DNA of 62,125 bases from Verrucomicrobiia bacterium (GTDB lineage: Bacteria > Verrucomicrobiota > Verrucomicrobiia > Limisphaerales > JAYPXF01). The DNA is taken from positions 1-62,125 of the forward strand of contig JADHOF010000002.1 of NCBI GenBank assembly GCA_016779125.1. The letters run 5' to 3'. Below the pieces are notes generated by a model. The model saw only the letters and a list, made by a program, of their open reading frames with translations. It searched no databases and was not told the DNA's origin. The position numbers and the translations under genes are program-made. Positions 41,807-50,830 of this stretch are shown here, piece by piece. Positions within the stretch are counted from its first letter, which is position 1. Each line of letters begins with the position of its first letter.

Positions 41807-43243
41807 ATGGAAAAACTCCCACACATCCCCGCGCTACGACTGGGCAAAACCTACGAAAGCCTGAACAAGCTCGACGTGAACCGCCACGCCGACGGCCAAG
41901 TCCTCGCACGCGTCAGCACGGTCAACGCCGGCATCATCCGCAAGGACCTGCGCAAACTGGACGCCGCCCGTGCCGCGCTCAAGAAATTCACCGTCGCAGA
42001 GCTGATTGAAATCAGCGCCAAGGCCGGCGAAGAATTCTTGAACGGCACACTGCCTCTCGGTGATCAGGGCCACACCCAAAGTGCGGACGACTACGTTCGC
42101 ACCCTCTCCTCCACCAGCGGGCTTCCCCACAACATGGTGAGGATGAACATGGGCAAAATCCACTATGCCCTCACCCACATGCAGACGGTCCTCGACGGCC
42201 TCACCCGCGGCCTGGATCTGACCATCATCGACAAGGGCATGGGAACCCAGGGCGGCGCCCGCTGCTGCTTCTTCCCGGCGGCCAAGAGTCTGGGCCTGGT
42301 GATGCCAAGCAATTCTCCGGCGGTGAACTCGCTCTGGCTGCCCGCGATCCCTCTCAAATATCCGGTCATCATCAAACCGGGACGCGAGGAGCCGTGGACG
42401 CCATACCGCCTCATTCAGGCCTTCATCGCCGCCGGCGCGCCCGCCGAGGCATTCGGATTCTACGCGACGGACCATGAGGGCGCGGGCGAAATTCTGAACA
42501 AGTCTGGTCGAGCGCTGATTTTCGGCGACAAGAACACAACCGACCAATACGCCAACAATCCCGCCGTGCAGTGCCATGGCCCGGGATTCAGCAAGATTCT
42601 GATCGGTGACGATGAGATTGAGAATTGGCGGGATTACATCGACCTGATGGACATCAGCGCCACGGCGAACGGGGGACGGAGTTGCATCAACGCCTCCGCC
42701 ATCGTGGTCCCCAAATACGGCCGCGAGATCGCCGACGCACTCGCCAAAAAAATCGGCCCCATCGCACCGACCGCCGCGGACGACGCGAACGCGCGTCTGT
42801 CCGGCTTCGCCAATCCCAAGATGGCCGAATGGATCGACAGTTCCATCGAGTCAGGCCTCACCGAACCCGGCGCGGAGGACATGACCGCCAAATATCGAGA
42901 CGGTGCCCGCAAAGTGGATGACGAACGCGGCCTGTTCCTGCGCCCCACCGTGATCTATTGTGAATCCACGAGTCACACCCTCTACAACCGCGAGTTTCTT
43001 TTCCCTTACATCAGCGTCGTCGAGGTCCCGCAATCCGAGATGCTCGAGAAAATGGGCCCCTCGCTGGTCCTCAGCGCGATCACCAAGGACGAGGCCTTCA
43101 GGGCGGAACTCCTGGAGGCGGACACGATCGACCGTTTGAACTTCGGTGCCGTCCCCACCAACAAGATCTCCTGGGATCAACCGCACGAGGGGAACATGTT
43201 CGAATTCCTCTATCGTCGACGGGCGTTGGAAATCGGCGATTGA
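41807..43243 (+). CDS. divergent aldehyde-dehydrogenase-superfamily protein (possibly reductase/acylating type)
   Basis: 478 aa. VMPSNSPAVNSLWLPAIPLKYPVIIKPGREEP occupies the position of the canonical PWNFP..KP block. Candidate catalytic Cys in ANGGRSCINASAIVV. The start lies 3 nt after the upstream stop. Confidence 0.75.
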   Translation: MEKLPHIPALRLGKTYESLNKLDVNRHADGQVLARVSTVNAGIIRKDLRKLDAARAALKKFTVAELIEISAKAGEEFLNGTLPLGDQGHTQSADDYVRTLSSTSGLPHNMVRMNMGKIHYALTHMQTVLDGLTRGLDLTIIDKGMGTQGGARCCFFPAAKSLGLVMPSNSPAVNSLWLPAIPLKYPVIIKPGREEPWTPYRLIQAFIAAGAPAEAFGFYATDHEGAGEILNKSGRALIFGDKNTTDQYANNPAVQCHGPGFSKILIGDDEIENWRDYIDLMDISATANGGRSCINASAIVVPKYGREIADALAKKIGPIAPTAADDANARLSGFANPKMAEWIDSSIESGLTEPGAEDMTAKYRDGARKVDDERGLFLRPTVIYCESTSHTLYNREFLFPYISVVEVPQSEMLEKMGPSLVLSAITKDEAFRAELLEADTIDRLNFGAVPTNKISWDQPHEGNMFEFLYRRRALEIGD

Positions 43244-43285
43244 GCAACCTTTGAACGTCCGCTCACCGACGCTTTCAAACTGGCC

Positions 43286-44503
43286 ATGGCTCACGCACCC
43301 GCACCGACGGACTTCGATTCGTCCCGCTTCGATCACACGCCGAGGACTCGTCTCGTCTTCGGAGACAACGCCGTCGAACGGGTGGGTGAACTCTGCCGCG
43401 AATACGGGGCAACACGCGTCCTGCTGGTCACAGACCCCGGCATCGTCAAGGCCGGCCACGCCGCCCGCGTGACGGATTCCCTGGATCAAGCCGGCGTACC
43501 TTGCACGCTTTTCGATCAGGTCCGCGAGAACCCGACGACCCATGACGTGGCGGCCTGTCTGTCCGTGGCCAGGGCCGAGAAAGTCGATTTCCTGATCGGC
43601 CTCGGCGGCGGAAGCTCGCTCGACACGGCAAAGGGCTGCAACTTCATCCTGACCAACGGCGGCGAGATCAAGGACTACTGGGGCATCGGCAAGGCGACGA
43701 AAGCCATGCTCCCGCTGATCGCCATTCCCACCACGTCCGGCACCGGAAGCGAATGCCAGTCCTTCGCCCTCATCGCCGACGCTGACACGCACCTGAAGAT
43801 GGCCTGCGGTGATCCCAAGGCCGCCGCAAAAGTCGCCATCCTGGATCCGACACTGACCGTCTCGCTGCCCCGTTCGGTGACGGCGAACACGGGTATCGAC
43901 GCCATCGCGCACGCGGTCGAAACCGCCGTCACCCGCAAGCGAAACCCGCTGTCGCTCATGTATTCACGCGAGGCCTTCAAACTCTGCGTGACCAGCCTGC
44001 CGATCGTTCTCAAGGATCCCGGCAACATCGTGGCGCGCGGCCAGATGCTCCTGGGCGCAGCCTACGCGGGGACGGCGATCGAAAACAGCATGCTCGGGGC
44101 CGCGCATTCTGCGGCCAATCCTTTGACCGCGCACTACAACACCGTCCACGGCACCGCCGTCGGCATGATGCTTCCGCTCGTCGTGCGCTATAATTCCGAC
44201 AACCCCGAAGCGCTCCAATGCTACGCGGAACTGGCCTCCGCCTCGGAAATTGCCACCGTCAGCGGCGGGTTGCGTTCCGCCCTGGAAGCACTGATCTCGC
44301 GCATGGAAACGCTTCTGAACCTCGCCGGCATGCCGCGATCCCTGTCCGACCTCGGCGTACAGGTGGAGACGATTCCCACCATGGCGGACGAAGCGTCCAA
44401 GCAGTGGACCGCCAATTTCAACCCGCGTCCCATCGCCCAGGAAGACTTCGCGCGCCTCTACGAACGCGCCTTCGACCGGCGCAGCGACGGTGACATGGTG
44501 TGA
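43286..44503 (+). CDS. iron-containing (group III) alcohol dehydrogenase
   Basis: 405 aa. GLGGGSSLDTAKG, and metal-ligand His regions DAIAHAVE, GAAHSAANPL and HGTAVGMML. Confidence 0.9.
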   Translation: MAHAPAPTDFDSSRFDHTPRTRLVFGDNAVERVGELCREYGATRVLLVTDPGIVKAGHAARVTDSLDQAGVPCTLFDQVRENPTTHDVAACLSVARAEKVDFLIGLGGGSSLDTAKGCNFILTNGGEIKDYWGIGKATKAMLPLIAIPTTSGTGSECQSFALIADADTHLKMACGDPKAAAKVAILDPTLTVSLPRSVTANTGIDAIAHAVETAVTRKRNPLSLMYSREAFKLCVTSLPIVLKDPGNIVARGQMLLGAAYAGTAIENSMLGAAHSAANPLTAHYNTVHGTAVGMMLPLVVRYNSDNPEALQCYAELASASEIATVSGGLRSALEALISRMETLLNLAGMPRSLSDLGVQVETIPTMADEASKQWTANFNPRPIAQEDFARLYERAFDRRSDGDMV

Positions 44504-44598
44504 ACACCGCGTCGCGTGCCGTCGGATGTCGGATTGATTTCCCACATCGAGACTCCTAGCTTCCTCCAAATCCGTTTGTTTATTGATCCGTTTTAATC

Positions 44599-45585
44599 AT
44601 GAGTCTCGAAGGTTCCGTAATTCTCATCACCGGCGGCACGGGCTCGTTCGGCAGCCGGGTCGCCCGGCACCTGATGCAAAAGAATCCGCGCGAAATCCGC
44701 GTCTTCAGCCGGGACGAAAAGAAGCAGTGGGAGATGAAAAAGGCCCTCCCCGAACTTCGATATCTCGTCGGGGATGTGCGGGACTACGAACGGCTGAACG
44801 AGGCCATGCGCGGCGTCGACTACGTCTTCCATGCGGCCGCCCTGAAACAGGTGCCGTCCTGCGAGGAATTCCCGTCCGAGGCGGTGAAGACAAACGTGAT
44901 CGGCTCCGAAAACGTGTGCCGCGCGGCCAGACGCCATGGTGTTCGGACCATGGTGGCGCTCAGCACCGACAAGGCGGTCAAACCGGTCAACGCCATGGGG
45001 ATTTCCAAGGCCATGATGGAAAAGATCGTCTGCAGCCAAAACCAGTTCGACAGCGACACGGTCTTTTGTTGCGTGCGCTACGGGAACGTCATGGGAAGCC
45101 GCGGCTCGGTCATCCCCCTGTTCAAGCAACAGATCGCGCAAGGAAGGGCGTTGACGCTGACCATTCCGCACATGACCCGATTCTTGATGACCTTGGATGA
45201 GTCCGTCGATCTGGTATTCCGCGCGATGATCCACGGTCAAGGCGGCGAGGTGTTCGTCCGCAAGGCACCCGCCTGCACGATGCAGACTTTGGCTGAAACA
45301 ATGCGCCACCTCTACAGCCCGCAGGGGAAGGATCACCCGATCGAGTCCATCGGCATCCGACCGGGAGAAAAGATTCACGAGATCCTCGTCAACGAATACG
45401 AGATGCTGCGGGCCACCGAGAGCGACCAGTATTTCACCATTCACCCGGAGTATCGGAATCCCGGAAACATCGTGACCCGGCCGGTCGGCGAGGAATTCAC
45501 CTCCGAGAACGCGCCACAGCTCGACACGATCGAGTCGGTTTCAGAGCTGCTCGAGTCGATGGGTGAGACCGAGCACTACGACTGA
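44599..45585 (+). CDS. short CapD-family UDP-HexNAc 4,6-dehydratase (CapE/FnlA/WbvB-like, MxxxK type)
   Basis: 328 aa. ILITGGTGSFGS Rossmann motif. STDKAVKPVNAMGISKAMMEK has Met where the SDR catalytic Tyr normally sits. YGNVMGSRGSVIPLF. Confidence 0.8.
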   Translation: MSLEGSVILITGGTGSFGSRVARHLMQKNPREIRVFSRDEKKQWEMKKALPELRYLVGDVRDYERLNEAMRGVDYVFHAAALKQVPSCEEFPSEAVKTNVIGSENVCRAARRHGVRTMVALSTDKAVKPVNAMGISKAMMEKIVCSQNQFDSDTVFCCVRYGNVMGSRGSVIPLFKQQIAQGRALTLTIPHMTRFLMTLDESVDLVFRAMIHGQGGEVFVRKAPACTMQTLAETMRHLYSPQGKDHPIESIGIRPGEKIHEILVNEYEMLRATESDQYFTIHPEYRNPGNIVTRPVGEEFTSENAPQLDTIESVSELLESMGETEHYD

Positions 45586-48200
45586 TCTTCGCGACGACGA
45601 TCCACCACGAAGACGAAGATCAGCAGTCCCAAGCCCGCCACACTGGTCAGGAGGGTGACCGTCAGCGCGGGCGGATGCGGCTCGTAACGAAAGACAATCT
45701 CGTGCTTGCCCGGCGGCACCACCACCCCACGCATCAGATAGTTGCAGCGCAACAACTCGGACACTTCGCCGTCCACCGTCACGGTCCACTTCGGAGAGTA
45801 TTTGTCGTTGAGCAGCAACACCGCTCGCGCTCCCGCCTCCGCCTCAAGCACGATCTTGCGAGGGTGATAGGATTTGAAACGAACGGCATCGGCCCCGCCC
45901 GGAAGAATCTCCGCTGATTGGGGCATCGGAATCTCCTTTCCCACAATCACGGACTGATGCGGGTCAAAGACCACGTTTGTCAGCAGGGACAAGGTCTCCG
46001 TCTCATCCAGGGAAACCGACCAGTTCCGATAAAGCTTCGCCCGGGGCAATGCGCCTGTGAATTCAACAAGTCCGAAAACTCCGTTGGTCGCCGTTTGCAC
46101 CGTGACATCCTCAAGACTGGTCGGCTGGGTGCCGGGCTTCTTCGCCACGATGTTGAAGGAGGAATGGAGCCGAAATCGATTTCGTCCGGCATCCAGCTGA
46201 GGGCCGATGGCCGAGGCAAACTGACCACCAAGCCCGACAATATATTTTGTGTTCGTCAGTTCCCACAGACGAATGAGGGTGGCGGGCGAGTGTTTCGCCA
46301 AGGCCTCACGATACTTTTTGTCATCCTCCAAGGTTCTCGGCTCCTGGGTGATATCAAGCGTCTGAATGTTGTTGTAGGGAAACAGATGCTGCGTCCACTC
46401 GATCCCGTATAGCTGCTGCAACGTGCCCAGATCCTGGCTGATCTGAAACGGAAACACGGTGACGCGATGCTCGTGCGCGTCTTTCTTGAGAAAATCCGTG
46501 ACGGGGTTGGCTGCGTATTTCTCGTTGTAGTTCCAATATCGAACCCAGGGACGATTCGCGTGACCGAAATCAACGATCATGATCAGGCCCAAAATGATCC
46601 CGATCCACTTCGCGCGCCGACCGCCCCAGAATCCGCTCTGCACCACGACAATCGCCACCCCTGACACCAGCAGCAATACAAGGAACAGAGCCAGCTCTCC
46701 GATCACGAAATGACTGATCGCGCTCGCGCTCCGCGCGTCAAAAGCCTGCGTCGTCAGATGTTCGACAAACTGCTGTCTTTTGGCTCCGAACACCGCGACG
46801 CAAAATATCGCCAGACCGGCAAAGCCGCCCAATCCCGCCACCCAACGACGATCAAACGCCAAAGCCCTTCGCCACCATGCCAGGACGTGGGCGGTCACAC
46901 CACGCGAAGCCTCGTCCACACCTGCGGAGCCGATACGGATTAGGCCGTGCAAACCGTAGGCGAACAGTATGATCAGCGCGAAGTGGACAATGTGGAGAAA
47001 CTTGAGCGGACTCCGGATTGTCGACATGTAGGGCAAAGCATAGAAAAGTTGAAACACCGGGGCGTGCCGTCCGTAGGCCATCAAAAGCGAAAGCAGGCCG
47101 ACAGCCGACCAGAACCAAACGTGACGCCGCTGCTCGACCGTGAACGGGCCATCCTTACTTCGAAATGAATTTGCCACTCCGAAGAGCGCCAGCAACACGA
47201 CGAGAAGCCCCGCGTATTCCCCCGATCCGGAATGCCGGGGAATCCCCATCCCCGTCTTCTCCCATCCCGGGCTTCGTCCGATTCCGCCCCAGTAATTGCC
47301 ACCATCGGGCGTATCCATTCGATAGCCGTAAAGCCCCGGTATGGCCAATCTTGCCGTCTCCGCAACGGGCATACTCCACTGCGTTGCAAAATCCCACTGC
47401 TGCCTTCTCGTCGCCTCGTCCTGAGCCGTCCCAGCAACCCCCTTGATTTGAGTGCTGACAAGGGTGAGCAGAATGTGCGAGGCAAGCATCACAGCGCAAA
47501 GCACCAGCAAGCCCATTTTGACCATCGCCTTCGGCGCGGCTGCCTTGACCACCTCCCCCTGCGTCAGCCAAACAAAGACCGCATAGGCGGCCACCAAAAG
47601 ACTCAACAAGGCGCCGGTGTCAAACCCCTCGGACACCGCCACTCCGGTGCCCAACCCCGCAAGGCAGCTCATCAAAAAGGGCCTCGTCCGGACAGATCGC
47701 GCGACGGCCGCCAGAGCAAGCACCGCCCCGGCACCGCAGATCACCCAGGACGGCAACCCCCAGCAAGCCACGGAAAAACGATTACCGTTGAGCGCGGCAG
47801 CCAACGCGCCCAAAGCGCACACCGTCGCGTTGAAACCCAAGGTCCTGAGAAAGACCCACATCGCCAATCCGAAGAAAAGCAGCGCCAACGGACAATAGAA
47901 TTTGGCGAAGCCCACCGGTCCCAGTGAACCGTAAAGAAACATCGCGATCCCGGGATTCGCGGCGAGGGATTCATTCCCGACCCAATAGAGATCGTTCCAA
48001 ACCCCGTATGCCATGTCCGGAAAACCGCTCGCGAAATCCGCCATGTGCAACCCGAACGGGCCGTCATTCGAAAAAACAACATTCCCGGGGGCGAAACTCT
48101 TCGCAAAAAACACACTCAGGCAGAGGGCAAGAACAGCGCAGGTCAGACCAAAGCGAGGACGGGATGGGGAGGTGGAATCTTTCGATTTTCGGGAGGACAT
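45576..48200 (-). CDS. 874-aa polytopic membrane protein, YfhO-like / GT-C-fold glycosyltransferase candidate
   Basis: More than 12 hydrophobic spans in the N-terminal ~560 aa, a ~270-aa soluble region, and a final C-terminal TM span (LLTSVAGLGLLIFVFVV). The size and topology resemble YfhO-family proteins. No motif-level confirmation. Confidence 0.7.
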   Translation of the reverse strand: MSSRKSKDSTSPSRPRFGLTCAVLALCLSVFFAKSFAPGNVVFSNDGPFGLHMADFASGFPDMAYGVWNDLYWVGNESLAANPGIAMFLYGSLGPVGFAKFYCPLALLFFGLAMWVFLRTLGFNATVCALGALAAALNGNRFSVACWGLPSWVICGAGAVLALAAVARSVRTRPFLMSCLAGLGTGVAVSEGFDTGALLSLLVAAYAVFVWLTQGEVVKAAAPKAMVKMGLLVLCAVMLASHILLTLVSTQIKGVAGTAQDEATRRQQWDFATQWSMPVAETARLAIPGLYGYRMDTPDGGNYWGGIGRSPGWEKTGMGIPRHSGSGEYAGLLVVLLALFGVANSFRSKDGPFTVEQRRHVWFWSAVGLLSLLMAYGRHAPVFQLFYALPYMSTIRSPLKFLHIVHFALIILFAYGLHGLIRIGSAGVDEASRGVTAHVLAWWRRALAFDRRWVAGLGGFAGLAIFCVAVFGAKRQQFVEHLTTQAFDARSASAISHFVIGELALFLVLLLVSGVAIVVVQSGFWGGRRAKWIGIILGLIMIVDFGHANRPWVRYWNYNEKYAANPVTDFLKKDAHEHRVTVFPFQISQDLGTLQQLYGIEWTQHLFPYNNIQTLDITQEPRTLEDDKKYREALAKHSPATLIRLWELTNTKYIVGLGGQFASAIGPQLDAGRNRFRLHSSFNIVAKKPGTQPTSLEDVTVQTATNGVFGLVEFTGALPRAKLYRNWSVSLDETETLSLLTNVVFDPHQSVIVGKEIPMPQSAEILPGGADAVRFKSYHPRKIVLEAEAGARAVLLLNDKYSPKWTVTVDGEVSELLRCNYLMRGVVVPPGKHEIVFRYEPHPPALTVTLLTSVAGLGLLIFVFVVDRRREDQS

Positions 48201-48284
48201 GATCCAAAAAGCGCCGCGAAGCTATCGCATCCGAACGACCATCCAAGCACATTCTGGCCGGAGCGCCGGAACACGCCTTTCCGA

Positions 48285-49220
48285 TCACCGTTGACGGCTC
48301 AGCGCGTTCCGCAGTTGAACCGCCAAACGACCGAGAGTCCAATAAAGCGACCCCACCTGGTGACGGCCTTCTCTGGTGATTTCACCGGCATACTCCGGCT
48401 GATGCCTGAAGGTCCCGGCCTTGACCACGGTCCGCGCCGCGAAGAGGCACCGCAGTTTCCTGGCCCTCACCCATCGGGCAAATCCGCCCTCCTCGATCAT
48501 CGCAGAGATATGGTTGATGGCCCGCCATTCATCGATCACCCATGCCTGCAACTTCCGGGTGTTCGCATTGGTGGTGCTGCTTGCGTGCCGGCGAAACCGA
48601 CAGAGGGGCTTGGGTGACTCAAATATCCCCGTCGCCTCGGCCGCCCAGTTGGCGTGAAACACGACATCGCCCAGATGCGGGTAATCCAGGGGAAACAGGC
48701 ACGGCGACGGCTGTCGGTTCGTCCGATGGAGAACGGCGTCGATCAGGATCGGATTCAGTTCCGACTGCCTCACGAGAAAATCATGCCGGGACACCTCTCG
48801 TGGGCGATGAAATTTCACGGGCCCGGGAGATCCGGCAGGCGCGCCCGACTCGTCGACAAACTCGTATTGACTGAACGCCATGGCCGCCCCCGGTCGATCG
48901 TCAAAACAACCCAGCAATTCCTCGTAAAACTCGGGGCGGACAAGATCGTTTGCGTGCAGGATGTGCAGGTAGTCGGTTTCCTCCGCAAATTCCAAGGCGC
49001 GGTTGTGATTCGGAAACAACCCCAGGTTTCGAGGATTCAACACGTGCTCGACTTGAATTCCTGAAAAGGCCCGGGCCACATCGGCCGTCCCGTCCGTGGA
49101 GCGATCATCCAGAAGGATCACACGATCCGGGCGCCGGGTTTGCGCCGCCAAGCATTCCAGTGTGGGCTTTAGAAAATCCTGCGCGTTGAACGCGGGGATC
49201 ACGGTGGTTACCAGGCTCAT
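48285..49220 (-). CDS. family 2 glycosyltransferase
   Basis: Trimmed to the ATG at 49220 (MSLVTTVIPAFNAQDFL..VILLDDRSTDGT), which overlaps the upstream stop as ATGA (49217-49220). I see no C-terminal TM spans. Confidence 0.85.
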   Translation of the reverse strand: MSLVTTVIPAFNAQDFLKPTLECLAAQTRRPDRVILLDDRSTDGTADVARAFSGIQVEHVLNPRNLGLFPNHNRALEFAEETDYLHILHANDLVRPEFYEELLGCFDDRPGAAMAFSQYEFVDESGAPAGSPGPVKFHRPREVSRHDFLVRQSELNPILIDAVLHRTNRQPSPCLFPLDYPHLGDVVFHANWAAEATGIFESPKPLCRFRRHASSTTNANTRKLQAWVIDEWRAINHISAMIEEGGFARWVRARKLRCLFAARTVVKAGTFRHQPEYAGEITREGRHQVGSLYWTLGRLAVQLRNALSRQR

Positions 49221-49915
49221 GTCCGAACTTTTTCCGAAGCCGGCCCGACGCGGGCGGGAACACCCCGGACGTCCTTGATCGCGACGAGGTTGAACGCGTG
49301 ACGATGGTTTCGACGAATCCTGAGAAACCATCCAAGCAGCGCGTCGCAGATCAACGCACCCGGGAATCGAAATTTCAGTTCCCCCGCATAGCCGTGGAAC
49401 AGTTTTGTTCCGGTCGTGCCGACAACGTCATAACCCCGCCCTTCGAAATCCTGTGCAAACCATCCCGAAAGGTGCCGCTGATAAACGTTTCCGAATTCAG
49501 GTCCCTGCGGCAGGAAGCCGTTCGGTGTCTGAACCAGAACGTACTTGGACGTCAGCGCCTCGCACTTTTTCAACAGCTCAAAACCTGCCTCCTTCGGCAG
49601 GTGCTCGATCACGTCATACGCCGCCACCAGATCGAACGCCTCGCCCCCAAAACGTTCCCGGATCTCATCGGCGCTGAGCTTCAATATGTCCGCCACAAGA
49701 TAATCGTCATGCAGTTTGCGCTCCTTGGCCGTTTCAATGGCACCGGCGAACGCGTCGATTCCGGCCGTGCGAATTTCCGGACGAAACTCCGACAGCACCG
49801 AATTTTCCCCGCAACCCAGATCCAGCGCCCGCCGCACCGCCCCTGTTCGTATCAAACGCTCCGTGCAATCGCGGGCGGATGGCACGCCGATCAGTTTCTT
49901 GAAAAAAGCTCTCAT
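49217..49915 (-). CDS. class I SAM-dependent methyltransferase
   Basis: Motif I ALDLGCGENS and post-I/II FDLVAAYDVIEHL. The start overlaps the upstream stop as ATGA (49912-49915). Confidence 0.85.
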   Translation of the reverse strand: MRAFFKKLIGVPSARDCTERLIRTGAVRRALDLGCGENSVLSEFRPEIRTAGIDAFAGAIETAKERKLHDDYLVADILKLSADEIRERFGGEAFDLVAAYDVIEHLPKEAGFELLKKCEALTSKYVLVQTPNGFLPQGPEFGNVYQRHLSGWFAQDFEGRGYDVVGTTGTKLFHGYAGELKFRFPGALICDALLGWFLRIRRNHRHAFNLVAIKDVRGVPARVGPASEKVRT

Positions 49916-50718
49916 TTGCCCTCACCCCTTCCCTCGTACCAGGCGCGCAGCTCGCCCAATTGCTCCCCGATCTCCGGACGCTCCAGTTCCGCCACCATGG
50001 TCCGGTCAATCGCCTCGCCCGCCTCGGTTTCATGAATCAATCCCGTCCGCTCCCAGCACGTGGCGATCAATCGAAGCAGCTCGTACTTGGAAACCGTCCG
50101 AGCAGCGCCCGCCTGAATGAGTCCTCCGTGATCCTTCAACCCGCCTTCGATCACTTCCGCCGCAATCTTGGCCCATTCCAGCGTGGTGATTCCGTTCCAA
50201 AGATGATTTGTGAATCCTCGCACCTCGCCGGTTTGATTCAGGAACCAACCAAGCAGCCCGTTGGCTCCGTTGTTCATCTCGGGCCCGATGATCGATGTTC
50301 GAATCACCACCGCGCCGCCACCCGTGACTGCGGTTTCCCCGAGAATCTTCGACCACCCATAGTCATCTGCGGCGTTGCGCTCATGACTCTTGGCGTAGTT
50401 TCCCTCCTCCCCCGAAAAGACGCAGTCCGTGCTCGCGTGAATCAAACGCTGTCCGGTCCTCAAGCGGATGATCAGGTGCAAGGGCAGCTCCGCGTTTGCC
50501 CGGATCAATTCGGCCATGTCCGAGGATTTTTGCTTCGTACGCCCAAGCGCGTTCACAACCCATTCGCAACCGGAGTCGCGGACGGTTTCCACAAGCAGAT
50601 CCCGGGCACCTCCCTCGAAACGTTGTTCCGAGGTGATTATCTCGTGGCCTTTTTCCGCCAAAAAACGCGCGACCACGTGCCCCAGCATGCCACGGTGCCC
50701 CAGAACAAAAACACGCAT
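49912..50718 (-). CDS. RmlD-like NAD(P)-dependent sugar-nucleotide 4-reductase
   Basis: 268 aa. MRVFVLGHRGMLGHVV (GxxGxxG), STDCVFSG, and YGWSK (YxxxK). Confidence 0.8.
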   Translation of the reverse strand: MRVFVLGHRGMLGHVVARFLAEKGHEIITSEQRFEGGARDLLVETVRDSGCEWVVNALGRTKQKSSDMAELIRANAELPLHLIIRLRTGQRLIHASTDCVFSGEEGNYAKSHERNAADDYGWSKILGETAVTGGGAVVIRTSIIGPEMNNGANGLLGWFLNQTGEVRGFTNHLWNGITTLEWAKIAAEVIEGGLKDHGGLIQAGAARTVSKYELLRLIATCWERTGLIHETEAGEAIDRTMVAELERPEIGEQLGELRAWYEGRGEGK

Positions 50719-50830
50719 GGGCGGACGGTAGTCAACGCCGCGTGTCTGTGTCGATGGACAAAATCCGAATGGCTGAAATCTCGAAATGTCCGTCCATCAA
50801 TGCATTCCAGATCAGCATGGCCGCCGAAAT

